Shown piece after piece: positions 28,324 through 38,688 of a stretch of 64,000 nt of DNA. The notes under the pieces are model-generated. The model was not told the DNA's origin and did no database searches. It saw only the letters and a program-made list of their open reading frames with translations. Each line of letters opens with the position of its first letter. Position 1 is the first letter of the stretch. Location of the stretch: IMG/VR virus record IMGVR_UViG_3300025121_000022, one strand, 5' to 3'. A program made the translations under genes and the position numbers. Source of the DNA: an uncultured virus (IMG/VR IMGVR_UViG_3300025121_000022) (taxonomy: Duplodnaviria > Heunggongvirae > Uroviricota > Caudoviricetes).

Positions 28324-29538
28324 ATGACAAAGACAAGCTTAGAAAAAATTAAATCTATCATAAACAAAAAAGTCGGACATGACGTTGCTTACAATCTTAC
28401 AAAAGATGAGTCTCCTGCAACAGTTAAAGACTGGATTTCTACAGGTTCTTTTCTTCTGGATTGTACAATCGCAAGGGGAATTAAAGCGGGAATTCCCGTA
28501 GGAAGAATTACAGAAATAGCCTCTTTGTCTGGAGTTGGGAAAAGTTATTTGGCAGCGCAAATTGCGGTAAATGCCCAAAAGAAGGGCTATCACGTTGTAT
28601 ATTTTGATAGCGAGAGAGCAATAGACTCAGAGTTTCTTATCAACGCCGGATGCGACTTAGATCATCTTACCTATATTCTTCCAGACGATATACGACAAAT
28701 GTTTGAAATCATGGAAGCTGTTCTTTCAGAAGAAGAGATGGGTAGAGTTGTCTTTATTCTCGACAGCCTTGCCATGCTCCCCGACTTAACTGATGTTGAA
28801 GGAGATTTTAATCCAAGTTCTTCGGTTTCTGTTAAGGCAAGAACTATTTCAAAGGGTATTTCGAAGCTGCTTGGACCTCTTAACAGGGCTGGGGCCACTT
28901 GGGTAATCTTAAATCATCTTAAGACAAACATTTCTCCAGAGGCTTCTAGCAAATACGCAACAGATGAAGTTAAGTATTTTACTCCTGGTGGGCTTTCTGT
29001 TGCTTATGCTTGCCATCTTCGTATTTGGCTTGTTAAGCCTCATGCAAAAGCCTCTTTCGTTGAGGACGAGAAGGGGTTTATTATTGGCTCAACAGTAAAA
29101 GCGAAGCTTATTAAATCACGATATGGGACCGAGAAAAGAAAGTGTGAGTTTAAGATTTTGTGGGGAGACCCCAACAGAGTCGGAGTTTGTGATGATGAAA
29201 GTTTGTTTGAGGTAGTTAAAATCTCTCCTAGATATCGTACAGGCGGACCTTGGAAGTTTCTTATGGGAGATGACAAGCAAGAAGTAAAGTTCCAAGAGAA
29301 AGATTGGAGCGATCTTCTCAAGAACGATGCAAACTTTTTTGCTCTTGTGATGAAGGTTGTTGAAGAAGAGATGGTTGTGAACTTTAACGAAAAAAAGAAT
29401 GCAGCGGATTTCTATTTCGATAAAGAAACAGACGAGGGACACAAAGAAATTCCTAACTTTCCCGACCAACCAACGGAAAAACTCAATGAAAAGAAGGGCT
29501 CTTCTGTAGTGTCGTTTGGAGAGAAGGACGAAGAATAG
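28324..29538 (+). CDS. uvsX: RecA/UvsX recombinase
   Basis: ISTGS, GIPVGRITEI, SGVGKS, DSE, LDSLA, TPGG. Confidence 0.9.
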   Translation: MTKTSLEKIKSIINKKVGHDVAYNLTKDESPATVKDWISTGSFLLDCTIARGIKAGIPVGRITEIASLSGVGKSYLAAQIAVNAQKKGYHVVYFDSERAIDSEFLINAGCDLDHLTYILPDDIRQMFEIMEAVLSEEEMGRVVFILDSLAMLPDLTDVEGDFNPSSSVSVKARTISKGISKLLGPLNRAGATWVILNHLKTNISPEASSKYATDEVKYFTPGGLSVAYACHLRIWLVKPHAKASFVEDEKGFIIGSTVKAKLIKSRYGTEKRKCEFKILWGDPNRVGVCDDESLFEVVKISPRYRTGGPWKFLMGDDKQEVKFQEKDWSDLLKNDANFFALVMKVVEEEMVVNFNEKKNAADFYFDKETDEGHKEIPNFPDQPTEKLNEKKGSSVVSFGEKDEE

Positions 29539-29539
29539 T

Positions 29540-29568
29540 TTGACTTTTCCCTCTCGCTGTGCTAATCT
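29540..29568 (+). promoter_or_regulatory. sigma70-type early promoter
   Basis: TTGACT-17 bp-TAATCT with extended -10 TG. Confidence 0.65.
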
Positions 29569-29595
29569 GTCGCTCTTGCAAACGGAGAGGGAGAA

Positions 29596-30591
29596 ATGTC
29601 AGTAATACATTCCGTACCAATTCAACAATCTTTTTTCTCTGACAAGCCAGACCTTCCTAATTTCTTGGAACAGTTCAAAAATGTTTTTGACTGCGGAGGG
29701 TTTGTCGCTGGCGGCCTTCCTCTGATGTATTATTATTCAAATATGGACTTGTGGGAGATTTTAACAACAAATAGGAGGATAGAAATTACCCCAGAGAATA
29801 ATAAAGTTTTTGAGGAACATCGTGGGTTATACTCAAGTCTTATTGGTCTTGCAGGGGATTTGGACGTTTGGTTTTCTTCAAAAGAAGAAAGTGATTTGTT
29901 TCATAAAAAGTTTATAAAGCAAGGCAAATACAACAAACACCTAATCGCTTTTTCAGATAATCTTACAGTTGAATATTGGAAAAATGTACCAAACACAAAC
30001 TATGGAAAAAAGACATTTGCAGAAACATATAAAATGGTTGATACAAGAAGTTATCTTACTAGAAAGCTAGAAAAAACTCCTTTGATAAGGAAACTTGTAA
30101 AGAGTTTCATAAAGCCTTCTCCCAAACCCCACACGGTGCAGCTTGTTTCTAGCTTTATGGACACCCCAGAAAATATTGTTTCTAATTTTGATTTCTTTAA
30201 TTCCATGGTAGGATTTAATGATAAGCGGGTATTTTATCATGAAGACTTTTCTTCTTGTGTATCAAATAAGGTTTTAAAAATTAACAAGATGCAGCATTTG
30301 AATCTTTATCGACTTACAAAGTATATTGCCAAATATGATATTCGGAGTATAGAAAATCAAGAAAATCTTGTTGAATCAATATACAATAATCTACACGCCG
30401 AAGAGGATAAGAGCACTGTTCGAGAAAGACTTACTACGCTTTTGACGACAGAAAGCATATTGCTTTCTTTGCTAAATAATGATACAGTATCTATGTTGGC
30501 GAGCATATTATCGTGTACACAATTGTTTAAATTAAGAGAGAAAGTCGACGGAGTTTTTAAGGCACCTTATTATTATTCTTATGTTCCATGA
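29596..30591 (+). CDS. Nucleotidyltransferase-like protein (polyA polymerase/CCA-head-like)
   Basis: FVAGG, GDLDVWF, VQLV, NFDF. Confidence 0.6.
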   Translation: MSVIHSVPIQQSFFSDKPDLPNFLEQFKNVFDCGGFVAGGLPLMYYYSNMDLWEILTTNRRIEITPENNKVFEEHRGLYSSLIGLAGDLDVWFSSKEESDLFHKKFIKQGKYNKHLIAFSDNLTVEYWKNVPNTNYGKKTFAETYKMVDTRSYLTRKLEKTPLIRKLVKSFIKPSPKPHTVQLVSSFMDTPENIVSNFDFFNSMVGFNDKRVFYHEDFSSCVSNKVLKINKMQHLNLYRLTKYIAKYDIRSIENQENLVESIYNNLHAEEDKSTVRERLTTLLTTESILLSLLNNDTVSMLASILSCTQLFKLREKVDGVFKAPYYYSYVP

Positions 30592-31022
30592 GGAAAATCA
30601 TGCGAGAAATCCACAACATCGACATTACGAATCGTATTGCGAAGGCTGTGGAACTGGCTCGTAAAGTCGCAGATGCTTCTGCTTGCGGGTTTCGTCATGG
30701 AGCTGTACTGATCAATAACGGTGGGGCTTATATCAACGCGGCCTCGAACAAGAGGAATTATTCTTCTTTCTGTAACAGGTTCGACTTTCGTGTAACTAAC
30801 GGAAATCTTAAGGCATCTCGTCATGCTGAAAGCCGGGCCTGTCTGAATATTCCAGCAGCTCTTACTGTTGGTGGAACCATTGTTGTGGTTCGTATTGGCA
30901 AGAACGGAGAGCTTCGAAATTCTCGCCCTTGCGAGATGTGTCAAGCAGTGATGGACTTCTGCGGCATCAAGAAGATTTATTATTCTAATGATGACGGCAG
31001 CTTGTCTATGATCAGGGCATAA
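30588..31022 (+). CDS. Zn-dependent cytidine/dCMP deaminase-like protein
   Basis: HGAVL, HAE, SRPCEMC. Confidence 0.85.
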   Translation: MRKIMREIHNIDITNRIAKAVELARKVADASACGFRHGAVLINNGGAYINAASNKRNYSSFCNRFDFRVTNGNLKASRHAESRACLNIPAALTVGGTIVVVRIGKNGELRNSRPCEMCQAVMDFCGIKKIYYSNDDGSLSMIRA

Positions 31023-31028
31023 ACAAAA

Positions 31029-31988
31029 ATGAGAGTAGTATTTATTGACAGTTTAAATTCTTTATTTATCCGGAATTATGTTGTAAACCCAACTCTTTCT
31101 TTAAACGGCGCTCCGATTGGAGGGGTTGTTGGAGGACTTAAGTCTCTACAGTCAATGATAAATTATATAAAGCCCGACGAGGTGGTTGTCGTCTGGGATG
31201 GTCTAGGAGGCTCAAGGCGTCGTCGAGCAATTGATAAAAACTATAAGGCTGGAAGAAAGCCAATTAATCTCAATCGTTCTTTGCAAATAGATCCGCAAGA
31301 CGAAGAAAGAAATAAGTTTTGGCAGCACGCCAAGCTTATCGAATATCTTTCTTTTTTGCCGGTAAAGCAATTGATTTATGAATCGGTAGAGGCTGATGAT
31401 GTTATTGCGTTTCTAGTTCATCGCGAGAAATATAAAGAAGCACAGAAAATTATTGTGTCTTCTGACAAGGATTTCTTTCAACTGATCGACAAAAATACGA
31501 TAGTATACAGACCGATTCAGGACGAGGTGTTGTCGATAAAAAAGATCCTTGAAAAGTATGGGATTCATCCGAGAAACTTTGCTTTAGCCCGTGCAATATC
31601 AGGAGACGACAAGAGTGATAATGTTCAAGGAGTTGGCGGAGTTAAGTTGAAGTCTGTTGCAAAAAGATTTGATTTTCTTAAGGAAGAAAAAGAATATAGT
31701 ATAGACGACGTTGTAAAGTTCTGTCAAAACGTCGAGAAACCACTAGTTATACATAAAAACATTCTTTCTGGCCGAGATCAAGTAATACAGAATATGCGAA
31801 TGATACAGTTAGATAGCCCTCTCATTTCTCTTCAGGCTCAGGGAGAAATTCGAGAAGAAATAGAGAAGAGGGATTTAGTTTTTCGTAAGTCAATGTTTAC
31901 ACAATCTGCAATTAAAGATGGGTTTGCTGAATTGAATTGGACTCCACTTTTCCAGTGGAGCAATCGAGTTATGTCGGAGATAAAATAA
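31029..31988 (+). CDS. 5'-3' exonuclease / RNase H (T4 rnh-like)
   Basis: YKAGR, EADD, SSDKDF, GDDKSDN. Confidence 0.9.
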   Translation: MRVVFIDSLNSLFIRNYVVNPTLSLNGAPIGGVVGGLKSLQSMINYIKPDEVVVVWDGLGGSRRRRAIDKNYKAGRKPINLNRSLQIDPQDEERNKFWQHAKLIEYLSFLPVKQLIYESVEADDVIAFLVHREKYKEAQKIIVSSDKDFFQLIDKNTIVYRPIQDEVLSIKKILEKYGIHPRNFALARAISGDDKSDNVQGVGGVKLKSVAKRFDFLKEEKEYSIDDVVKFCQNVEKPLVIHKNILSGRDQVIQNMRMIQLDSPLISLQAQGEIREEIEKRDLVFRKSMFTQSAIKDGFAELNWTPLFQWSNRVMSEIK

Positions 31989-31991
31989 TCT

Positions 31992-33386
31992 ATGACAAAA
32001 AAGGAAGTACGAGAGGTAGAAGACTTTTCTTCTTTTGGTCTGTCGTTTCAAGAAGAAGTCGTAAAGGCGATGACTTTTGATCATCTTTATTGCGATCAAA
32101 TCACGGAAGTTCTTGAAACGGTATTCTTTGAATTTGAATATCTTAGATTTTATGTACAAAAACTATTGGCCTATAAGAAACAATATAAAGTTCATCCTTC
32201 GCTAAATATTATTTCTGCTATCTTGGGAACTTCTGAAAATGAAACGGATGAAACTTCGTATGGGCAAGCAAAAGAACTATTGTCGAAATTTAAAACAGAG
32301 CCTGGCCTTAGTGTAGACATAGAATATATCAAAGATTCTTCAATAAAGTTTTGTAAGAAGCAGAACCTAAAGAAGGCAATGCTTCAGTCGATTAAGCTTA
32401 TGGCTTCCTCTTCTTTCGAAGAGATAGAAAAAATAATTGTAGAGTCTCTTCGACTTGGGTTGGACAACGATATTGGACACGATCTTGTAAGAGACTTTTA
32501 TGCGAGATATAAAACTCAAGAAACCAGAACTCCGATTTCTACAGGTTGGAACTACATTGACAACTTAATGCAGGGAGGCTTGGGAATAGGGGAAATCGGT
32601 TTGGGGATGGCTCCTACGGGGGGCGGGAAAACCATGATGCTTGTGCATCTAGGAGCGCATGCACTAAAGCTTGGTAAAAACGTATTGTACATCACGCTAG
32701 AGCTTTCGGAAAGCGTAATAGGAAGAAGATTTGATGTGTGTTTAACCAAGGTCCCCCCAGAGCTTTTGTTTGGCTCACAAGAAGCAGTGTTTGGGGACTT
32801 GCAGTCTTTGGTAAAAGGAAGACTTGTTGTAAAGAAATTTAGAGCGAAAGCAGCATCAGTACAAACACTTAGAAACTATGTTGAGAAGACAATAAAAAGA
32901 GATTTTAAACCTGACTTGGTTCTTATAGATTACCTTAGCAAAATTAAGCCCGTTGTTGTGAAGAAAGACGGATGGTCGGAAACGGAAGATATTGCAGACG
33001 ACCTTCGTTCTATGGGAGAAGATTTTGGTTTCCCAGTTTGGACAATGGACCAGCTAAACAGGACGGGTGCTCAGGCGGAAGTTGCAACGATGGAGCATAG
33101 TTCTGGTGGTTATGGAAAGAATTTTCCATGTGATTTTGTTATGGTTGTGTCAAGAAGTCCGGAAGAGAGACAAAATAAAGCTGGACGTATGTTTATCTCC
33201 AAGAACAGATTTGGAGACGATCAAATGGTATGCCCTGTCTATATGGACACAAGGGTAATTGATATTAATGTTTCGGCGCCCGAGGAAGCCATAGAAGCGA
33301 CAGGGCCAAAGAAAGCCTCGGAGCTACAAGCAAGTGCCTTGCAGGCAGCATATAATAAGGTAAAGACAAAGAAGGACATAAATTGA
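31992..33386 (+). CDS. Replicative helicase (DnaB/gp41-like)
   Basis: APTGGGKT, YITLE, LIDY, QLNR, KNRFG. Confidence 0.9.
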   Translation: MTKKEVREVEDFSSFGLSFQEEVVKAMTFDHLYCDQITEVLETVFFEFEYLRFYVQKLLAYKKQYKVHPSLNIISAILGTSENETDETSYGQAKELLSKFKTEPGLSVDIEYIKDSSIKFCKKQNLKKAMLQSIKLMASSSFEEIEKIIVESLRLGLDNDIGHDLVRDFYARYKTQETRTPISTGWNYIDNLMQGGLGIGEIGLGMAPTGGGKTMMLVHLGAHALKLGKNVLYITLELSESVIGRRFDVCLTKVPPELLFGSQEAVFGDLQSLVKGRLVVKKFRAKAASVQTLRNYVEKTIKRDFKPDLVLIDYLSKIKPVVVKKDGWSETEDIADDLRSMGEDFGFPVWTMDQLNRTGAQAEVATMEHSSGGYGKNFPCDFVMVVSRSPEERQNKAGRMFISKNRFGDDQMVCPVYMDTRVIDINVSAPEEAIEATGPKKASELQASALQAAYNKVKTKKDIN

Positions 33387-35797
33387 TGTTTACAGAAGAA
33401 GAAGTACGTAAAGCAACGCTTGAATATTTTGAGGGGGACGAGCTAGCAACAGACGTCTGGATGAAGAAGTATGCCCTCAGAGATAAGGAAGATTTGTTTT
33501 TAGAGAGCTATCCGGACGAAACAATCCGGAGGGTGACAAAAGAGTTTGCAAGAATAGAAAAAAAATATCCCAACCCTCTTAGCGAAAAGGAAATATACGA
33601 AGCCTTACGCGGGTTTAAATACATCGTTCCTCAAGGAAGCCCGCTTTATGGAATAGGAAACAATTATAGTTTATCTTCTTTGGCAAACTGCGTTGTAGCA
33701 AGACCGCCAGAGGACAACATTTCTTCTATTTTTGAAAGCGGAAGAGACTTAGCCAATCTTACCAAAAGAAGGTGCGGAGTTGGTACGGACTTATCTCTTT
33801 TACGCCCGGAGGGTACTGGAGTAAATAACAGTGCTAAAACCACTTCGGGTGCTTGGAGTTTTGCTGATTATTATTCAAATGTTGCAAGAATGATAGGACA
33901 AGGTAATCGAAGGGCGGCTCTTTTAATCTCTTTGGATGGTAGACATCCTGATGTAGAGAAGTTTGCATCTATGAAGAAAGACCTTAAAAAGGTTGTTGGA
34001 GCAAATGTTTCAATAAAGATTTATGACGATTTTATGAAGGCAGCTTTAAATGATGAAGAATACGAACTTCGGTGGCCAGTAGAGGGACCGGCAAAAGTAA
34101 CAAGAAAAATAAAAGCAAAAGAACTTTGGAAGCATATCACTAAGTTAGCTAGAGATACAGCAGAACCTGGCATTCTTTTTTGGTCTAGAATAATCTCTTA
34201 TTGTCCCGCTTCGTCTTATCCAAGGTTTAAAGCTGTTTCTACAAATGCTTGTTCTGAACTTCCTTTGTGTGTTAACGATGGATGTCGCCTTCTTCTGCTT
34301 AATTTAAAATCTTTTGTTGACAGCGCCTTTGAGGCTCCACAAGTCAATTTTAAAAAATTGCGTTCTATGACACACGTTGCGCAAAGACTTTTGGACGATT
34401 TGGTTGATTTGGAAATGGAGAAAATAGAAAAAATCATTAAAGTCTGCGATACTCAAGATGAAAAACAAATTTGGCAAGAAATGTTTGAATCTGCAAGAGA
34501 CGGAAGAAGAACAGGTCTTAGTATTACTGGCCTTGCAGATATGTTTGCGGAATTAAAGTTGTGTTATGATTCTTCTGAAGCTATAGCAGTAGCGGATGAG
34601 GTCTTTAATACAATAAAAACTTCTGCCTATGAAAGCAGTGTGACTCTTGCAAAAGAGAGAGGTGTCTTTCCTGCTTTTAAATGGGAACTGGAAAAAGATA
34701 ACGAGTTTATTCTTTCTCTTTCGAAAGAGCTGCAAAAGGAAATAAGGAGTTTTGGCAGAAGAAACATTTCTATTTTAACTTGTTCTCCCGCTGGTTCTAT
34801 TTCTCTTCTAACACAAACCAGCAGCGGGATAGAACCAGTATTCCAGAACTCTTATACCAGAAAGAGAAAAACTAATTCAGAAGAAAAGACGATTGGTAAA
34901 GAAGACCTTGTAGGCGATAAGTGGGTAGAATATGAAGTAAAGCACTCTAACCTTACAGAATACCAAAAAAAGTTCAACACTACAGATATCCCAGAATACT
35001 TTGTTTCGGCGAATGAAATTGATTGGAAGCGCCGAGTGGAAATGCAAAGTGTGATACAAAAACATATAGACCACTCCATATCTTCTACGATTAATTTACC
35101 AGAAAGCACAACCGCAGAACAAGTAGAAGAAATTTATACTTATGCTTGGGAAAAGGGGCTTAAGGGAATAACTGTTTATAGAGAAGGCTCCAGAGATGCT
35201 GTTTTGTTTACCTCTAAGGAAAAAGCAAAGCAAGAGAACGGGAAGACATCTAACCCCTTTAATATTACAAAGGCTCCCAAGCGTCCTCTATCATTAAAAT
35301 GTGACATCCACAGAGCGAAGATAAAAGGAGAAGAGTGGACTATTTTTGTTGGTTTGTTAGACTCTAAGCCATATGAGATTTTTGCTGGTCTATCGGATTT
35401 GGTGGAAATACCTACAAAACATACAACAGGAATTATCGAGAAGACAAAATTTAAATCTAGAAGTAGATATGATCTCGTTTACGGAGAAGACGCAACAAAG
35501 ATAAAAGATATTGCAAAAGTCTTTAATAATCCTACAGAAGGGGTTATGACGAGATTAATTTCTTTATCCTTGAGACATGGAAGTTCTCCTTCTTTTATCG
35601 TGGAGCAGCTTAATAGAAGCGAAGATGGAGATTTTTCTTCTTTTGCCAAGGTTATTGCAAGAATTTTGAAAAGATACATAAATGACGGTGTTTGTGTTTG
35701 TGGAGGCGACAGTATTTGTCAAGAATGTGGGCAAAAGCTGGTATATGAAGGTGGTTGTGCCGTTTGCAAAACTTGCGGGTATTCAAAATGCGGATAG
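33386..35797 (+). CDS. nrdJ: Class II (B12-dependent) ribonucleotide reductase
   Basis: ANC, TNACSE, RRTGL, SPAGSIS, SSGIEP, SSTIN, C-terminal Zn ribbon; no beta subunit nearby. Confidence 0.85.
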   Translation: MFTEEEVRKATLEYFEGDELATDVWMKKYALRDKEDLFLESYPDETIRRVTKEFARIEKKYPNPLSEKEIYEALRGFKYIVPQGSPLYGIGNNYSLSSLANCVVARPPEDNISSIFESGRDLANLTKRRCGVGTDLSLLRPEGTGVNNSAKTTSGAWSFADYYSNVARMIGQGNRRAALLISLDGRHPDVEKFASMKKDLKKVVGANVSIKIYDDFMKAALNDEEYELRWPVEGPAKVTRKIKAKELWKHITKLARDTAEPGILFWSRIISYCPASSYPRFKAVSTNACSELPLCVNDGCRLLLLNLKSFVDSAFEAPQVNFKKLRSMTHVAQRLLDDLVDLEMEKIEKIIKVCDTQDEKQIWQEMFESARDGRRTGLSITGLADMFAELKLCYDSSEAIAVADEVFNTIKTSAYESSVTLAKERGVFPAFKWELEKDNEFILSLSKELQKEIRSFGRRNISILTCSPAGSISLLTQTSSGIEPVFQNSYTRKRKTNSEEKTIGKEDLVGDKWVEYEVKHSNLTEYQKKFNTTDIPEYFVSANEIDWKRRVEMQSVIQKHIDHSISSTINLPESTTAEQVEEIYTYAWEKGLKGITVYREGSRDAVLFTSKEKAKQENGKTSNPFNITKAPKRPLSLKCDIHRAKIKGEEWTIFVGLLDSKPYEIFAGLSDLVEIPTKHTTGIIEKTKFKSRSRYDLVYGEDATKIKDIAKVFNNPTEGVMTRLISLSLRHGSSPSFIVEQLNRSEDGDFSSFAKVIARILKRYINDGVCVCGGDSICQECGQKLVYEGGCAVCKTCGYSKCG

Positions 35798-36081
35798 CAA
35801 AAAAGATCTTGACTGTTGCCAAGGAGTGTGTTTTAATACTCTCCGATAAAGAGGACGTCGTGCCCAAGGTAAAAGAACTTACACCAGAAGAAAAAGAATT
35901 CAAAGAACTGCAATCTGCCGTAAAAGATGCTCTCTTTGTGGCTTCTCAGTTGGTAGCAGATTTTATTCTTCTTTCGGAATCTATTTCAACACTTAATAAA
36001 AGCGTCAAGCAGCTTGACCAGCGGGTTGCTTCTATTGAAGAATTCCTTGCAAAAGAGGAAAAAAAGCTGGAGATTAATTAA
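35788..36081 (+). CDS. Hypothetical coiled-coil protein
   Basis: ORF in operon. Confidence 0.5.
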   Translation: MRIAKKILTVAKECVLILSDKEDVVPKVKELTPEEKEFKELQSAVKDALFVASQLVADFILLSESISTLNKSVKQLDQRVASIEEFLAKEEKKLEIN

Positions 36082-36308
36082 TGAAAAAACAATGGCTAAT
36101 CGCATATTGCATAGGCTGTAAGAGGATAAAGAGCGTTCAGCCATTTGATGCTCTTGAGCCCGAGAAGGCAAAGTTGTTTATAAAAACTATACGGAGAGGC
36201 AATAGAACTAGGACAAAAGATAATGTCCAACATTGGAAGGTGGGGATTCGAAGTTCAGAAATTGCGCCTGTAGAACAAGACTGCCCATGCGTGAGGAGAT
36301 ATTGGTAA
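36081..36308 (+). CDS. Small Cys-containing hypothetical protein
   Basis: TAATG coupling on both sides; CxxC and CxC. Confidence 0.55.
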   Translation: MKKQWLIAYCIGCKRIKSVQPFDALEPEKAKLFIKTIRRGNRTRTKDNVQHWKVGIRSSEIAPVEQDCPCVRRYW

Positions 36309-36880
36309 TGTCGACTCCTGTTAAATATGTCTACAACTATACGAATCCGGATGGATTAGAAAAAGAAATAGAGATTAATTTTTCTGTCTTGGTGAGAAAA
36401 CTAACAGATTTCGACCTAATGATTGAAGCGTTTAAAATGACATCACATAAGGAAATTAAAAAGATATCTCTAAGTGCTGCGTATAAATCTGAACACTCAC
36501 CCATTAGAACACAGATGTTTTGGATTGAAATGTATGGCATTCCGCATTTTGTTTCTACTCATTTCCCAAGGCACTCTGTTGGCAATTCTTTTTATGTGAG
36601 AACAGGAAGAGAAGACAGAGGCCAAAAGGGAGAACAAGACAGATGGACTCCCTCTGATATGGCGATGCTGGTAAATGCTCAATCGCTAATAAACATGTCG
36701 AGGAAGAGGCTTTGTGCGAAGTCGCACGCCGTGACTCAACGAGTGTTCCGAGAGATAAAGAAAAATGTAGCCAAAGTTGACCCGGACCTAGCTAAGTATA
36801 TGGTTAGAGAATGCATCTATAGAAACGGCTTTTGCCCAGAGTTTAAGTCGTGTGGTTTTATAGAAAACAGAGGGAAATAA
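36308..36880 (+). CDS. thyX: Flavin-dependent thymidylate synthase
   Basis: EHSP, THFPRH, NAQSL..MSRKRLC, CPEFKSCG. Confidence 0.75.
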   Translation: MSTPVKYVYNYTNPDGLEKEIEINFSVLVRKLTDFDLMIEAFKMTSHKEIKKISLSAAYKSEHSPIRTQMFWIEMYGIPHFVSTHFPRHSVGNSFYVRTGREDRGQKGEQDRWTPSDMAMLVNAQSLINMSRKRLCAKSHAVTQRVFREIKKNVAKVDPDLAKYMVRECIYRNGFCPEFKSCGFIENRGK

Positions 36881-37191
36881 TGAAAAAACAAATGTTGATT
36901 TTTGAAGACGAGCAGATGGTGCATTGGAGAATTCCGTGTCAGTGTGGTATAAGAGAACACGACATAGAGCTTACTATAATAAAGGACGAAGAGGGGGAGA
37001 TTTATAATTGGGTTGATCTCAGAACGCAAATGTTTGCTGATAGCTTTTGGGAAAGGATTAAAGAAGCTTTTTCAATTCTTTTTAGGGGTAGGACAACGGA
37101 CAAAAGCGAAGTCTTTTTGTTCGACGAAGAAAATATTGAGTCTTTTATTGATGCCCTAAAGAAATCCGCAGAGAGAATAAAAGAAATATAA
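36880..37191 (+). CDS. Hypothetical protein
   Basis: CQC..H, FWERIKEAF. Confidence 0.6.
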   Translation: MKKQMLIFEDEQMVHWRIPCQCGIREHDIELTIIKDEEGEIYNWVDLRTQMFADSFWERIKEAFSILFRGRTTDKSEVFLFDEENIESFIDALKKSAERIKEI

Positions 37192-37197
37192 GCTTGT

Positions 37198-37283
37198 GGA
37201 AGGTTGACGGAGCGGCTATCGTGCCCGCTTGGAAAGCGGCGGCCAACCGAAAGGTTGCAGAGGTTCGAGTCCTCTACCTTCCG
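37198..37283 (+). tRNA. tRNA-Ser(GGA)
   Basis: Acceptor GGAAGGT/ACCTTCC, loop TTGGAAA, long variable arm, GGTTCGAGTCC; CCA not encoded. Confidence 0.92.
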
Positions 37284-37307
37284 TAGAAAGCAGAAAGGTA
37301 AAAAGAA

Positions 37308-37751
37308 ATGACACACACTTTTTCGAAGTTTATTATCCAGCTTGACGACCCGGAGTGTATGCCGACGAAAGCAAATCCTACAGATTCGGGTTATGACCTT
37401 AAGGCTTTTCTTAAAGAGCCTTTGGTGCTTGAGCCGGGACAGTGGGCGTTGGTTCCTTGTGGATTTAAAATGCAAATGCCTATAGGCGTTGATGCGCAAA
37501 TTCGTCCAAGGTCGGGGTTGGCTCTTAAAAATGGAGTTACTGTTGCAAACTCTCCCGGCAGTATTGATAACGAGTACCGTGGCCCAATTGCCGTAATCCT
37601 TTATAATTATAGTAAAGAGCCTTACACTGTGTTTCCCTACTCAAGAATTGCGCAAATGGTGTTTGGTTCTGTGGTATATTGTGATCTTACTGTTGGAGAG
37701 GTTAATACAAACACCAGCAGAGGCACGGGCGGATTCGGGTCGTCAGACTAG
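37308..37751 (+). CDS. dut: Trimeric dUTPase
   Basis: SGYDL, RPRSGLA, GSIDNEYRG, RIAQ, RGTGGFGSS. Confidence 0.95.
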   Translation: MTHTFSKFIIQLDDPECMPTKANPTDSGYDLKAFLKEPLVLEPGQWALVPCGFKMQMPIGVDAQIRPRSGLALKNGVTVANSPGSIDNEYRGPIAVILYNYSKEPYTVFPYSRIAQMVFGSVVYCDLTVGEVNTNTSRGTGGFGSSD

Positions 37752-37763
37752 ATAAAACCAAAA

Positions 37764-37790
37764 TTTCCTCCTATTTATATAGGAGGGAAA
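37764..37790 (+). promoter_or_regulatory. SD-sequestering hairpin containing late promoter motif
   Basis: CCTCCTAT/ATAGGAGG stem; CTATTTA at 37771-37777. Confidence 0.65.
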
Positions 37791-37794
37791 CAAG

Positions 37795-38508
37795 ATGTAT
37801 GGAGAGTATGAAATTTTAGAAGAAAAGACCAAAGAAGAATTCGGCTATTCTACTGGTGACTTAAAAAAAGGCTCTCACAAACCTGTTTGGTTAAAGTGTC
37901 GAAGATGTGGGATTGAAGCGATAAAGGAATATAAATTTTCGCAAAGAAGGCACCTTTGCCCTTCTATACAAAATGGGGAAAAATGGTGTTATAAGTGTAA
38001 GAAATTTCTACCATTATTAGATTTCTCGAAAAACAGACATACCTTAACAGGGTACCAGAAGGTTTGTAAAGAGTGCTTTGCAAATTACAGTTGTGTTCAA
38101 GCAGGGTATAAAAAGAAGTCTTTTAAGATGAAAAGCGATTTAAAAGCTTACTTTAGACAAAGGATATCTTCAATATCTTTCTCGTGCAGGAGGAAAAACA
38201 TTATTTGTACTTTAGAAAAAGATGATATTTACGATTTATTCCTAAAACAAAAAGGAAAATGCTTTTACACAGGTAAAAGCATTAGTCGTAATTCTGGTAT
38301 ATTTCAACACGATAGTGTAAGCATAGACAGAATAGACCCAACAAAAGGATATACAAAAGAAAACATTGTTTTGTGTTGTTTCGCAATTAATTCTTTAAAA
38401 GGAAGTTTAAGCATAGAAGAATTTGTTTCTTTTGTAAAAGAAATAATACCTGGGCTAAGCTCTTTTATAAAAGAGTTAGACAGAAAGTACGAGAAAGATG
38501 AAGTATAA
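37795..38508 (+). CDS. HNH-like (His-Me finger) free-standing endonuclease
   Basis: KQKGKCFYTG...SIDRIDPTKGYTKENIVLC...N..K plus N-terminal CxxC fingers. Confidence 0.75.
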   Translation: MYGEYEILEEKTKEEFGYSTGDLKKGSHKPVWLKCRRCGIEAIKEYKFSQRRHLCPSIQNGEKWCYKCKKFLPLLDFSKNRHTLTGYQKVCKECFANYSCVQAGYKKKSFKMKSDLKAYFRQRISSISFSCRRKNIICTLEKDDIYDLFLKQKGKCFYTGKSISRNSGIFQHDSVSIDRIDPTKGYTKENIVLCCFAINSLKGSLSIEEFVSFVKEIIPGLSSFIKELDRKYEKDEV

Positions 38509-38688
38509 ACTTTTGTGGTACTCTGTGAAAAATGATATTTGATATCATAGTTTCTAAAAATGGAGTTGTTTTAGACCTAGGTTTAATTGTCCGGAAGGTT
38601 AAAGACTAGGAAATAGATATTTTGTTGTAGTTGCATTGTCTTAACAAACGGTGATCTAGAATAGAAGATATCACCTAAGGAGAAAGAA

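Noticed and set aside
38509..38688. Intergenic gap with weak inverted repeats after the HNH-like gene
   Set aside because: Stems are short and imperfect in AT-rich DNA; no group I intron or known RNA features recognised.
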